From the NCBI GenBank assembly GCA_004321745.1, contig SGYO01000006.1:37468-101467 (forward strand): a stretch of 64,000 nucleotides of DNA, in the 5' to 3' direction. Positions 9,566-19,314 of this stretch are shown here, in pieces. Made by a program: the position numbers and the translations under genes. A model generated the notes under the pieces. It saw nothing but the letters and a program-made list of their open reading frames with translations, did not search any database and was not told the DNA's origin. Position 1 is the stretch's first letter. Every line of letters starts with the position of its first letter. Source of the stretch: a bacterium (lineage in GTDB: Bacteria; Fidelibacterota; Marinisomatia; Marinisomatales; UBA1611).

Positions 9566-10681
9566 CTATTTCTCCTGACCATCGTTAGGCATGTTCAATC
9601 TGTTTCCATCTACCTCTTTAGCTTTATGAGAATCACTATTATTATCACGTCTTACATTACCAGAATCCTTTTGAACATTTTGTCTATTTTCGGAGTTTTT
9701 TGAATTTTCAATATTCGTTTTAGACTTATTTGCATATGTTTTTTTGCGATTGTCATCTACACTCTGTTTAGATGAACGTCTACTGTTTTGTTTTCTTGAA
9801 TTATAGGGTCTTCTCTTTTTAGTCAGGTCTTTTGGACTGTTGCTAACTATTTGTTTTTGATCAGAATCTGGATTTTTATTAGTTGAATGCCTTTTATCAC
9901 TTTTTCGTTGTTCTTTATTCGATGATGCCCTACTACTATTATTTTTATTTTGAGGTCTTCTCTTGTTTGTAAAACTAGTTTTTTTACCATGCCTTCTAGG
10001 TCGTCCCGACCGGATAGATTTAGACCTTATCTTTGAAATATGTCCATTGTCCATGAATATTAACACTGAGGCAAAGTTTTTCACCAGATCTTCATTAGGA
10101 GAGCTCACTATAATCGTAGTTCCAAGTGTCCTATTCATTCTTTTTAGCTGAGAGCGAAATTCTTGTTCCATATCATTAGTGATATACATGCCATATTCAT
10201 CAATCAATAAAACTCTAGGATCGCTTTCTAGAGAAAGTACCATTCCAACCCAGTGTAATTCACCTTTCGTTAAAGATGATACTGATCTATCCCAAAGATG
10301 TTTGAATTTGGGACTGCTAAAATGCCTTTTCATGATAGTATTAGATTTTTTCCCATACATTTTGGAAATTATCTTGCCTACTGATGTCCCGGTGCCATAA
10401 TCATCAAACCCATAGTTATAAAAAATCTCATCATGCTTTTTAACTTTACCAAACCAATTTGTTTCATAAGTAAAATTTTCAAAGTAAAGATCCCCAGATG
10501 ATTGTTTCTGGGCACCAGATAAAATCTCTAAAAGCGTTGTTTTACCACTACCAGGGGGGCCCACCAGAGCGTAAATAGTGCCCGGGTGGATTTCAAGTTT
10601 CTTGACATTAATGGCCTCAAATGAGCCATAGTTCTTTTTAAGACGATCAACTTTAAAAATTAATCTTTTTATTTCATTCAT
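9566..10681 (-). CDS. orphan ABC-type ATPase with a ~150-aa K/R/N/S-rich disordered C-terminal tail
   Basis: Walker A GPPGSGKT and Walker B VLLIDE are present; the signature motif is degenerate (LTKGE instead of LSGGQ). Residues ~218-371 are low-complexity basic sequence. No permease gene is adjacent. Confidence 0.7.
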   Translation of the reverse strand: MNEIKRLIFKVDRLKKNYGSFEAINVKKLEIHPGTIYALVGPPGSGKTTLLEILSGAQKQSSGDLYFENFTYETNWFGKVKKHDEIFYNYGFDDYGTGTSVGKIISKMYGKKSNTIMKRHFSSPKFKHLWDRSVSSLTKGELHWVGMVLSLESDPRVLLIDEYGMYITNDMEQEFRSQLKRMNRTLGTTIIVSSPNEDLVKNFASVLIFMDNGHISKIRSKSIRSGRPRRHGKKTSFTNKRRPQNKNNSSRASSNKEQRKSDKRHSTNKNPDSDQKQIVSNSPKDLTKKRRPYNSRKQNSRRSSKQSVDDNRKKTYANKSKTNIENSKNSENRQNVQKDSGNVRRDNNSDSHKAKEVDGNRLNMPNDGQEK

Positions 10682-10730
10682 TATATACCTCCAAATAAAT
10701 GAAGTTTACAGAAAGGTATGTAATGCTTAA

Positions 10731-11654
10731 TTAATGTTCCTCTAACCAGCGCTCTGCATCTAAAGCTGACATGCATCCAGTGCCAGCAGCTGTAATGGCT
10801 TGACGGTATACCTGATCTTGGACATCTCCGCATGCAAAAACACCTGGTACGTTTGTATTTGTAGTATCAGGATGTGTGGTAATATACCCCTTATCATCAA
10901 GGTCAATTTGACCCTTAAAAATACCTGTATTAGGAACATGTCCTATTGCCATAAAAATACCATCACAATCGACATCTTTTAATTCTCCGGATACTGTATC
11001 TTTAATTTTAACACCAGTCACTCCGGTTTCTTTTGAACCATAAATGTCTTCAACTGCACTATTCCACATTATATCGATCTTGTCATTAGCGAACACTCTG
11101 TCTGCCATAATCTTTGAAGCTCTAAATTCATCTCTTCTATGAACAATAGTAACTTTTGAAGCAAATTTAGTCAAAAATATTGCCTCCTCAGCTGCAGAAT
11201 CACCTCCCCCAACTACCAAGACCTCTTTTTCTTTAAAAAAGAAACCATCACAAGTTGCACAAGCAGATACTCCATATCCCATAAGTTCTTTTTCAGAATC
11301 TAATCCTAAAAGCTTAGCCGAAGCACCGGTTGAAATAACTATTGTATCTGCAGTGTATTCATCATTATTTACCCAAACTCTAAAAGGATTTACTGAAAAA
11401 TCAGTTTTTGTAACAGTCTTATACTCACACGTGGCACCAAACCGTACGGCCTGTTTTCTCATGTGATCCATTAATTCGGGACCCATTATTCCATCAGGAA
11501 ATCCTGGGAAATTTTCAACATCAGTTGTTATTGTAAGCTGACCTCCAGGCTGAGAACCTTCAAAAACAAGAGGTTCTAAATTTGCTCTTGCTGCGTAAAC
11601 TGCTGCTGTTAAACCAGCCGGACCAGAACCAATGATGATGACTTTTCTATGCAT
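10731..11654 (-). CDS. trxB: thioredoxin-disulfide reductase
   Basis: FAD motif GSGPAG, redox-active CATCDG and NADPH motif GGGDSA; 307 aa. Confidence 0.95.
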   Translation of the reverse strand: MHRKVIIIGSGPAGLTAAVYAARANLEPLVFEGSQPGGQLTITTDVENFPGFPDGIMGPELMDHMRKQAVRFGATCEYKTVTKTDFSVNPFRVWVNNDEYTADTIVISTGASAKLLGLDSEKELMGYGVSACATCDGFFFKEKEVLVVGGGDSAAEEAIFLTKFASKVTIVHRRDEFRASKIMADRVFANDKIDIMWNSAVEDIYGSKETGVTGVKIKDTVSGELKDVDCDGIFMAIGHVPNTGIFKGQIDLDDKGYITTHPDTTNTNVPGVFACGDVQDQVYRQAITAAGTGCMSALDAERWLEEH

Positions 11655-11676
11655 GAAAATTAATTAATAAGCATTA

Positions 11677-12003
11677 CTAGAGTACTTTATTAAGCATACT
11701 CTCTATACTTTCCTTTCCTACGTTACCAATTACCTGATCTACGACTTCTCCACCCTTAAAAAGGAGGAGCGTTGGGATGCTGCGAATTCCATATTTCATC
11801 GCAACCTGATTATTATTATCAACATCTATTTTACCAACCTTTACCTTACCATCGTAGTCATTTGCTATTTCCTCAACTATTGGAGCAATAGCCTTACATG
11901 GACCACACCATACCGCCCAAAAATCGACAAGGACGGGAACATCAGACTCTAAAACACCTGAATCAAAACTCTGATCACTAAACTCAATTACACTTTCTGC
12001 CAT
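11677..12003 (-). CDS. trxA: thioredoxin
   Basis: 108 aa with the canonical WCGPC active site. Confidence 0.95.
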   Translation of the reverse strand: MAESVIEFSDQSFDSGVLESDVPVLVDFWAVWCGPCKAIAPIVEEIANDYDGKVKVGKIDVDNNNQVAMKYGIRSIPTLLLFKGGEVVDQVIGNVGKESIESMLNKVL

Positions 12004-12090
12004 TTTATCTCCATTTATTAAAAAATTATGGTAATAATTTATGGCAAATCCATTATTAGTTAGAACAGATTATTTAAAGTAATTGGTTTT

Positions 12091-12975
12091 TTATTGGATG
12101 AAAATTGTTTTTAAAACCATATCGATTGGCATAGTAAAATAATCAGCCGATATATTTTGAACATTGTTTATTCCCATACTTGATAAAATTTGATGGGGGA
12201 TATCTTCTTGAATTATAAAAACATATGGTAATATTAAATGCGATCCATTTTGCACTAATTGTTGTTCAAGAGATATATAGTCGTCAATCACAAATGGCGA
12301 GAACCCATTAGGGCTTACATTATACTCAAGCTGTAGAATATCATTTGAATTAAGATCAGTACGTTGAATGAGATCAGCGTCATTTTCATCAAAGTAAACT
12401 GCATCATTCTGATTGGATTTTAATAAAATACCTGATGGCACATACCTGCGAGGATCAGCTAATACATTAACATAGGAAAGAAAACTCACTGGTTCATCAT
12501 GAGACATCAATGTTAAACTAAAGCGCAAAGAGTCTGCATTTGATCTGCCCCAAACATTATTTATTGATAATTCTAAAGATAATAACTTTTGTAAAATAAC
12601 AGTTTCTATCAATGTACCATACTCATCAAAATCAGTTTGCGACCCTGTAAGCCTACCGTTTGTTATAAAGAGAGTAGAGTATACTACCTTGTAATTATGT
12701 AAATAATAAAAAACCCTGACTGAACCACTAAAATTACCGACTTCAGACTCCAAGTTTAACAGGTCAATTGAAAAATATCCGGAGCTATCGGCATATGTAA
12801 ATACATTTAGCTCATCAACATAAACAAATACAGATGCATCTGACACCCTTTCATTTGCAAACACATAGCCTTCAATTTTAATTTTTTTTGATGGTTTATC
12901 TTCCCAAAAAGGATTTGAGGTACACCCAAATAGAAGTAATAATAATGTTGTAGTCAGATTTTTAATTAATTCCAT
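12091..12975 (-). CDS. hypothetical lipoprotein downstream of the TonB-dependent receptor
   Basis: Lipobox LLLFGC. It overlaps the receptor stop by 10 nt. No recognised catalytic motif. Confidence 0.45.
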   Translation of the reverse strand: MELIKNLTTTLLLLLFGCTSNPFWEDKPSKKIKIEGYVFANERVSDASVFVYVDELNVFTYADSSGYFSIDLLNLESEVGNFSGSVRVFYYLHNYKVVYSTLFITNGRLTGSQTDFDEYGTLIETVILQKLLSLELSINNVWGRSNADSLRFSLTLMSHDEPVSFLSYVNVLADPRRYVPSGILLKSNQNDAVYFDENDADLIQRTDLNSNDILQLEYNVSPNGFSPFVIDDYISLEQQLVQNGSHLILPYVFIIQEDIPHQILSSMGINNVQNISADYFTMPIDMVLKTIFIQ

Positions 12976-15107
12976 TGTAATCCTAAGCTCAAATACATCC
13001 TTTTATCAAAGATTGAAATTCCATCAAGTACTTGGGAATTATCGCCTATATTTTGACCAAAGATAGCAACGCTAATATCAAAATCTCTGTAGTTCAAGAT
13101 ATAAGATCCATGAATATCATAGGACTGATATTTATCTAAATAATTATTTTCCAATAAGCCCTCTTCTCCAATTGTAGTCAGCACTCTTGAACCCTCACTT
13201 TTAAAAGTAACCTTTGCCTTAAATGATCCTAAATTAAGTTCGATACTATTTCTCAACATATTAAGAGGTTGCATGGGAAATGAAAGCTGATCAGAATAGG
13301 TAAAGGCTGAATAAATAAATCTAAAATTAAAGATTTTTGCAACATCTAATAGCTCCGCATTTAGCTCAACACCTGAAATATTTGCTTCTCCATTGTTTAA
13401 TGGAAACAACATTGATGAAGCACTATACTGAATCGATTTAATCTTATTTTTATACAAATAACTAAAGTAACTCATAGAACCTTGAAAATGAGGAGATAGA
13501 TTCTCCCCAGTTGATGTTATTTTTATCCCTACTTCTCGCATCATTTTGCTTTCAACAAGCAATGAATCACTTACCCACTCTGCAGGGCGAAATGCATGAG
13601 AATATCTTTCACTAATGCTTGGAGTTCTAAAACTATTTCCAAAATTTGAATAGATATATATGATTGAATTATCGAGGTGCTCCCATGCCGAAAACAAGAA
13701 ATTAACTCCACTATTTTCCCAGTTAGCATTATACACTAAATCACTTTCATTATTTTTTCTATCTTCAATATTATTTGCATTTAGGGATAATATAAAATCT
13801 TTAATTTCAAAGCCAGGCTTTGACTTTTTCTGAGAGACTCCAAACACGCTTGAGAATGCTATATCCTTGCGATCAATAGATAATTCATTGCCATCTTGTT
13901 CCCAGTTAGAACTCGCCTTTGACTGTTTAGTGTTAAGCCTAAAAAATACATTATTGTGATGATATTTGTAATGTAGTCCAGTAAGTAATCTTTTATCATT
14001 TCTATTAGATTGGAATATTGATATATTATCTTCCCCACAAGAAATTTGATCAGAAAAATAAAGTTCAATGGATCCATATTTTTTACTACCTTTTTCTATC
14101 TTAAACGTACTTATATCATTGTTTGAATTACTGCTGCCTAATCTGTAGTAGTTTTTAAATGATCTGGTGTTTTTAGTATGAGATAATTTTAATTCTAGAT
14201 CTACTGAAGGCCTATATCCAATATTTATGTAGTTATTGTTGGATGATTGAATGATATCTGAGTCTATTATATCCTCATAATACTGCACAGATTTAGACTT
14301 ACCGCTACCAATATTGAAGGATAACACTTCATTCCCTAAACTGAGACCACCGTTAAAATTTCCAGTGTTATATGTACCAAAGCGCTGATATAAACTCATA
14401 CTGTTGCCATAATTAATGCTTGGAACAAAATTAATACTTCCGGAAGAGCCAGGGAACATTTCATTACCGCCGCGAAGTACTTCTACCTGATCTATACCAC
14501 CAATGTCAAACATAGAAACATCCATTACGCTACGCCCGTCATGATAGATAGGAACGCCATCATACAAAAAGCTCATTTCTTCCTGTCTTGCACCTCTTAT
14601 AGATACAACTTTAACACCTCTAGAACTTTCATCGATCAGTACAGATTCTTCATTCATTAGAACGTCTCCTATATCGGAATAGGTTCGAAAAGAAAAATCT
14701 TTTACCGCGATGTCTGAAACCATGTTCTTGGTCTCAAGATTTTTAAATTTTCCAATCTCATTTTCGCCAATGACCTTTAGTTCAGAAAAAGAAATGACTT
14801 TGGGATCTAGATATATTGTAATTTTTTTTGATTCAAGCTGGATACTTTGAGAAAGTATTTCAAAACCTACATGCTCATAAACTATAAATGTATCAGAATT
14901 TGAAATTTGCAAGGAGAACTCACCTGCGATGTTGGTAGACGTTCCTTTACTTTTTTGGTTTGTGTAAATATTTACGTTCGATATAGGCTGTTTTGTTTTT
15001 GAGCTTAAAACAATTCCTGTAAATAAACTGTCACTTAAAAGCTCTTGAAATGACATTAAATAAAAAAATAGAAATGATAACCTATTCACAAAAGGTATGT
15101 TAAACAT
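12966..15107 (-). CDS. TonB-dependent receptor (CarboxypepD_reg-like N-domain, plug, beta-barrel)
   Basis: Signal peptide, an N-terminal carboxypeptidase-regulatory-like beta-sandwich, a plug region (VVSIRGARQEE..LYDGVPIY) and a long beta-strand-rich C-terminus of 713 aa. Confidence 0.8.
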   Translation of the reverse strand: MFNIPFVNRLSFLFFYLMSFQELLSDSLFTGIVLSSKTKQPISNVNIYTNQKSKGTSTNIAGEFSLQISNSDTFIVYEHVGFEILSQSIQLESKKITIYLDPKVISFSELKVIGENEIGKFKNLETKNMVSDIAVKDFSFRTYSDIGDVLMNEESVLIDESSRGVKVVSIRGARQEEMSFLYDGVPIYHDGRSVMDVSMFDIGGIDQVEVLRGGNEMFPGSSGSINFVPSINYGNSMSLYQRFGTYNTGNFNGGLSLGNEVLSFNIGSGKSKSVQYYEDIIDSDIIQSSNNNYINIGYRPSVDLELKLSHTKNTRSFKNYYRLGSSNSNNDISTFKIEKGSKKYGSIELYFSDQISCGEDNISIFQSNRNDKRLLTGLHYKYHHNNVFFRLNTKQSKASSNWEQDGNELSIDRKDIAFSSVFGVSQKKSKPGFEIKDFILSLNANNIEDRKNNESDLVYNANWENSGVNFLFSAWEHLDNSIIYIYSNFGNSFRTPSISERYSHAFRPAEWVSDSLLVESKMMREVGIKITSTGENLSPHFQGSMSYFSYLYKNKIKSIQYSASSMLFPLNNGEANISGVELNAELLDVAKIFNFRFIYSAFTYSDQLSFPMQPLNMLRNSIELNLGSFKAKVTFKSEGSRVLTTIGEEGLLENNYLDKYQSYDIHGSYILNYRDFDISVAIFGQNIGDNSQVLDGISIFDKRMYLSLGLQWN

Positions 15108-15151
15108 AAAAAACCTGCAACACAGGACATTTTTAAAATTTTATATCAAGA

Positions 15152-15550
15152 CTACTCTTCTTCACCCAAGATAAAATCATCGTCGTCATCATTTGCATAA
15201 GGATATTTTTCAGAACTACCAAATTCATTATCTCCTATGTCACTATCTTGGCACAGAAAAATGATAAGGGGTATCCATCCAATTATTAAAACAAAATACA
15301 ACAACTGCCACCAACCGCTTTTACCAACATCATGCAATCGTCTTGCTCCAACTGCTATACTTGGTACAAATATAGCGATTTGAAAAAGTGCGCTTACACC
15401 TACTGGAGCAAGTCCAATTATTCCATCAATTATGCCGAATGCTGTGGAAAAAATGAAGGCGAATAGGATAAACATCCAATACTCTTTACGTCTGGCCCTG
15501 CCTTCAAAATTGGTGTAATTATCTTTAACTACAGAAATAAAATATTCCAT
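15152..15550 (-). CDS. DUF805 inner-membrane protein with acidic tail
   Basis: Motifs GRARRKEYW and RRLHDVGKSGWW are typical of DUF805. A strong SD (AGGAGG) lies upstream of the ATG. Confidence 0.8.
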   Translation of the reverse strand: MEYFISVVKDNYTNFEGRARRKEYWMFILFAFIFSTAFGIIDGIIGLAPVGVSALFQIAIFVPSIAVGARRLHDVGKSGWWQLLYFVLIIGWIPLIIFLCQDSDIGDNEFGSSEKYPYANDDDDDFILGEEE

Positions 15551-15710
15551 AAAACTTCCTCCTCTTACGAAACATTATTAACACGAGATTAACCAAAATA
15601 ACTGTAATAATGAGAATCTAACATATAAACCATTCTCGAGGCTATTAATTATTTACCTCTAACAACTTCTCGCCCAAAGTTGAAAAAATATAAAGAATCA
15701 GTTTTTAGAA

Positions 15711-17165
15711 CTATTTAATAAATGACATTTTTTTTGTTTGTTTAGTATTTCCTAATTGGAGTACGCATAAATAAAGTCCTGCCGATACTTCCTCCCCAGC
15801 AAAATTGACGCCATCCCAAGTTAGTGAATAATTTCCTGCATTTTGAAATTCATTTACAAGGCTTTTAATGATTTTACCATTCACATCAAAAATGGAAAGG
15901 TTAACCATTCCATTTTGTGCCAAGTCATAACCTATTGATGTGATAGGATTAAATGGGTTTGGATAATTTTGATGTAAGAAAAATTGATCTGGTATTAATT
16001 TTGAGATAGAAGTAGTTAAAAATTCAAACGTATATGGCTCAGAACTTGTTGGGCAACCGTCAACAAAAAAAACCTCGACAGAATAATCACCACTCCCAAT
16101 TGGAGTAAATGTGACATTATTTTCTCCTGCAATAGGACTATTATCCATATACCATTGATATTGTAAACCTATTACTGAGGAACTTAAGACTCCATTATTC
16201 TCAATTATTGTTGATGTTGGATTTTCCTGATGAATCTGATCATATGCTATCCTGTTCGAATTCAATACTGAATCTTGAAAAGCATTATATTGATTACAAC
16301 TATCTTTCAACATATAGTCAAGCCAGAGATTAACAAAATCAAAAGTGATATTTTGTTGATCCTCTCTAGATATTGATATTCCGCTTGAAGCAGTAGTTTC
16401 TCCAAAATCGCAAAAAAAATTGGGCTCACCAAAATAACAATGAGCTCCTCCTAAAATTGAAATAAATGTTTTATAGCCAGAGCTAAGATTATTAAAAATT
16501 GGTAGATGATGAGTCTCAGGTGTTGTTACACCATCTTGACTACCAGACAGAATCAATGCTGGAACATTCACATTTAACGCTGAACTAATTGAGGAAACCC
16601 CATTTGAAGACGATTCAGCAGGTGCTAACCCAATAATTGTCTTTAATTGGACATCTTGATTTTGAGTTAATGAATCTGCTGCCAAAAAAGCTGCTCCACC
16701 GCCCATTGAATGACCCATTAAAGCAGTATTATTTGCAACCGCGTTAAAAACAGGAGAATAGTTATCCGCGCCTTCTCTTTGCATTTCTGTTACTAAAAAT
16801 TGAAGGTCCCAACCAAATTCCTGATGGTCATTAATTAAACCCTCTTCTGTTCTTGGAAAAAGTATTATATACCCTTTAGGTACTAAATCTTCCCATAAGT
16901 TTTGATAATCACCATAGGACATTAAAAAACCATGACCAAAAATGATAATAGGAAATTGACCAAACGCAACTTGAGTATTATTGCCTGCAGAAATGGATGG
17001 ATAATAAATTTCTGTAGGCACATTCCTATTTGACCTCGTAGAATCTTGAAAAACCTTACTATAGTTTCCTATAAAATATTGCGCATTTAATAAGGTTGAC
17101 AATTGTAAAAATAGTATGAATAAAATTGAAGTTATGATATTCAATATAATTTTTAGTATTTCCAT
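15711..17165 (-). CDS. secreted alpha/beta hydrolase of the cutinase/PETase/dienelactone-hydrolase type with a T9SS C-terminal sorting domain
   Basis: The start is moved from the track's 17219 (which overlaps the tRNA) to ATG 17165, which opens the signal peptide MEILKIILNIITSILFILFLQL. The catalytic layout is GHSMGGG (Ser), SGSQDGV (Asp) and LGGAHCYF (His). The C-terminus LHQNYPNPFNP...LYLCVL...KKMSFIK is T9SS-CTD-like. Confidence 0.7.
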   Translation of the reverse strand: MEILKIILNIITSILFILFLQLSTLLNAQYFIGNYSKVFQDSTRSNRNVPTEIYYPSISAGNNTQVAFGQFPIIIFGHGFLMSYGDYQNLWEDLVPKGYIILFPRTEEGLINDHQEFGWDLQFLVTEMQREGADNYSPVFNAVANNTALMGHSMGGGAAFLAADSLTQNQDVQLKTIIGLAPAESSSNGVSSISSALNVNVPALILSGSQDGVTTPETHHLPIFNNLSSGYKTFISILGGAHCYFGEPNFFCDFGETTASSGISISREDQQNITFDFVNLWLDYMLKDSCNQYNAFQDSVLNSNRIAYDQIHQENPTSTIIENNGVLSSSVIGLQYQWYMDNSPIAGENNVTFTPIGSGDYSVEVFFVDGCPTSSEPYTFEFLTTSISKLIPDQFFLHQNYPNPFNPITSIGYDLAQNGMVNLSIFDVNGKIIKSLVNEFQNAGNYSLTWDGVNFAGEEVSAGLYLCVLQLGNTKQTKKMSFIK

Positions 17166-17177
17166 AACTGAAGATTG

Positions 17178-17250
<73 letters not shown>

Positions 17251-17272
17251 ATTTATAATTTATCAATGGACA

Positions 17273-17301
17273 ATAATAGTGAGAATAAAATTTACATTCA
17301 A
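17273..17301 (-). promoter_or_regulatory. possible sigma-70-type promoter for tRNA-Ala
   Basis: On the minus strand: TTGAAT (17301..17296), a 17-nt spacer, then TATTAT (17278..17273), 22 nt upstream of the mature tRNA 5' end. Such matches are frequent by chance in AT-rich DNA. Confidence 0.3.
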
Positions 17302-17329
17302 ATTTTATTACTTTTTATCGGAATTAAGA

Positions 17330-17569
17330 TCAATTAGATCTTTTTCTAAATTGTGTATTTTTAGATTGAAATTTTTTTCTATCGGATTTTTTAAGCATTT
17401 TTCTTTTTATCAAGTCATTCTCGATGAGAGAAATAATATAATTGTTTATTGAGCGATCACTCTTTGATGCTTTTGTCACAAGCTTCCATAATTTCTCAGG
17501 CATTTTTAAATGCCTTATGTTACTGAATGACATCTTAGTTTCACTATTTTTTTCAATTTTTCTCCTCAT
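17330..17569 (-). CDS. small basic protein, possible ribbon-helix-helix DNA binder
   Basis: 79 aa. The segment IRHLKMPEKLWKLVTKASKSDRSINNYIISLIENDL resembles an RHH beta-alpha-alpha unit. The start overlaps the upstream stop as ATGA. Confidence 0.35.
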   Translation of the reverse strand: MRRKIEKNSETKMSFSNIRHLKMPEKLWKLVTKASKSDRSINNYIISLIENDLIKRKMLKKSDRKKFQSKNTQFRKRSN

Positions 17570-17931
17570 TGATTCAAACCATGATTTAATGATGGGTTTT
17601 TATTGATTAACTGATTTTGAATTATTTCATTGGCCTTTTTTGGGGTCAAATGACGTATTTCCTCAGAAGAGTACTTTAAACCTTTTAACTTTAATCTCAT
17701 ATCTTGAGTGATCATTATTGGTATTGAAATTATTTTTTTTGGTTCGTTACTCTTTGAGAGTTTTGAATTATAGTATGCATTTTCTAATTGTTCTACTGAA
17801 ACTTCATTTTTAAAAATACTACCTACTGCTGATCTATATGCATCCCTGTATGATTTAAAGAGCCCATTTTTTTTATCAATTCTGCATTGCTCTGCGATTT
17901 TTGCTAAGCTTTGATTCTTTTCATTGCTCAT
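17566..17931 (-). CDS. hypothetical protein
   Basis: 121-aa ORF translationally coupled to the downstream small gene. No motif recognised. Confidence 0.4.
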   Translation of the reverse strand: MSNEKNQSLAKIAEQCRIDKKNGLFKSYRDAYRSAVGSIFKNEVSVEQLENAYYNSKLSKSNEPKKIISIPIMITQDMRLKLKGLKYSSEEIRHLTPKKANEIIQNQLINKNPSLNHGLNQ

Positions 17932-17933
17932 TT

Positions 17934-18350
17934 CTACAAACTTACTTCTGGGTGCTGTATTAAGAATGACCTCATTTCACTTTCACCATAATACATACCA
18001 CCAATTAAATTAATAACCGAAGTTGTTATGGATACAGCTGATGTATTTCTTTTATCTATGTGAAATTTTGTTCCATCCATGGCAAAGAGCACATTAGACT
18101 TTTTATTTAAATGTATTTCGGTGTAAAAATAATATCGCAAAATGTATTCACATGTTTTATCAGTACCAGGAAATACAGTTTGCAAGTCTTTGATGGTGTT
18201 AGTTGTCAAAAACAACACTCTACTCTGCCCCTTGTAAGCAGTCGTATTACTTTTTCGTAAAGCTTTCAGAATGCTTTCCTGATTTTGAGCTGTAATAAAT
18301 AATGGAAAAATCATAATCACCAAACACAGGGTTCTAAGAAAATTACCCAT
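17934..18350 (-). CDS. hypothetical exported protein
   Basis: Signal peptide MGNFLRTLCLVIMIFPLFITAQ; 138 aa; 2 nt from the next gene. Confidence 0.4.
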   Translation of the reverse strand: MGNFLRTLCLVIMIFPLFITAQNQESILKALRKSNTTAYKGQSRVLFLTTNTIKDLQTVFPGTDKTCEYILRYYFYTEIHLNKKSNVLFAMDGTKFHIDKRNTSAVSITTSVINLIGGMYYGESEMRSFLIQHPEVSL

Positions 18351-18361
18351 GATGTTAAATG

Positions 18362-18931
18362 CTAAAGAAAATAGTTTTCTCTAAGGCGCTGCCGTATAGT
18401 ATCAATATCATCCGATATTTTATGGAGCTCATACCAAAAATGTCTACTATGATTCTTGACAACAGTATGAGCAAGCTCATGTAAAATGATATAATCCTGT
18501 AGGACCTGAGGTAAATAACAAACGCAAAGATTGATATTTATATTATTTTTGTAGCTACAACTTCCCCAACGAGTTTTCATTTTTTTCACAGAAATTTTCC
18601 CATGTTTAAATCCATATTTTTTAGCTAACACAATTACTCTCCTAGTGATTATATCAGACTCAATTTCTATGTCGTTTAAAGACAACTCGTTGGACTTGTT
18701 GTAAAGAGAGACGGTTTTAGAACTAGAAAATCTTTTGATCTGTTTTTTTATCCATGCTGACTTTATTTCTGCAAATTTTTGCGCTTTAGAAAAAGTTACA
18801 TTTTTAGGTACAGCTACCCGAATATATGATGGTGGTCTAAAAGAAATACGAATATTTTTTGCAATGCTACTTTTTTCAAACAATATTTCACCCACACCCT
18901 CTAATTTCACAATTTTTGAATTAGTGGTCAT
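18362..18931 (-). CDS. YgjP/DUF45-family (M48-like) zinc metallohydrolase
   Basis: HEXXH motif in the typical context (YIILHELAHTVVKNHSRHFW). The N-terminal region IRISFRPPSYIRVAVPKNV is as in YgjP proteins. Confidence 0.75.
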   Translation of the reverse strand: MTTNSKIVKLEGVGEILFEKSSIAKNIRISFRPPSYIRVAVPKNVTFSKAQKFAEIKSAWIKKQIKRFSSSKTVSLYNKSNELSLNDIEIESDIITRRVIVLAKKYGFKHGKISVKKMKTRWGSCSYKNNININLCVCYLPQVLQDYIILHELAHTVVKNHSRHFWYELHKISDDIDTIRQRLRENYFL

Positions 18932-19313
18932 GTAGTGAAAGGTCCTCTACTAATTCTTTTCCTTCTTCATTCCATTTTTTAAATAGGGTAAGGTTGCCCT
19001 CTTTATCATATTTCATAATTAACTTTTTCTCACCATTACTATGCCACTCCCGGTATTGGCGATAAATACCAAATTCCCAAACGGTTTCATAACTCATTAA
19101 TCCGTTTTCATCCCAACCAATCCATGCACCATGTTTATTTCCATCGATATCATATTCCTCATGGCTCCATTTACGAATTCCTTTTCCATGTTTTACATGG
19201 TTTGTGATACTCTTAATGTTCCCATTATAATAAATCTCAGTATGTACAATGTTTCTGTTTTCAGAAAAAAGAATTGAGATTGATAATAAAAAATAAAATA
19301 GTAAATGATTCAT
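18921..19313 (-). CDS. MORN-variant (YwqK-like) repeat exported protein
   Basis: Signal peptide plus repeats of the G.W..W..NG type (HGAWIGWDENGLMSY, REWHSNGEKK, KKWNEEGKE). Confidence 0.5.
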   Translation of the reverse strand: MNHLLFYFLLSISILFSENRNIVHTEIYYNGNIKSITNHVKHGKGIRKWSHEEYDIDGNKHGAWIGWDENGLMSYETVWEFGIYRQYREWHSNGEKKLIMKYDKEGNLTLFKKWNEEGKELVEDLSLHDH

Positions 19314-19314
19314 A

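Noticed and set aside
12040-12056. TGGCA...-containing sequence upstream of trxA as a sigma-54 promoter
   Set aside because: The -12 element is TA instead of GC at the required spacing, and the motif is on the plus strand while the adjacent genes are on the minus strand.
15108-15151. Small hairpin CCTG-TGTTG-CAGG followed by a T-run after the DUF805 gene
   Set aside because: A 4-bp stem is insufficient for an intrinsic terminator, and the TonB-dependent receptor gene starts immediately after it.
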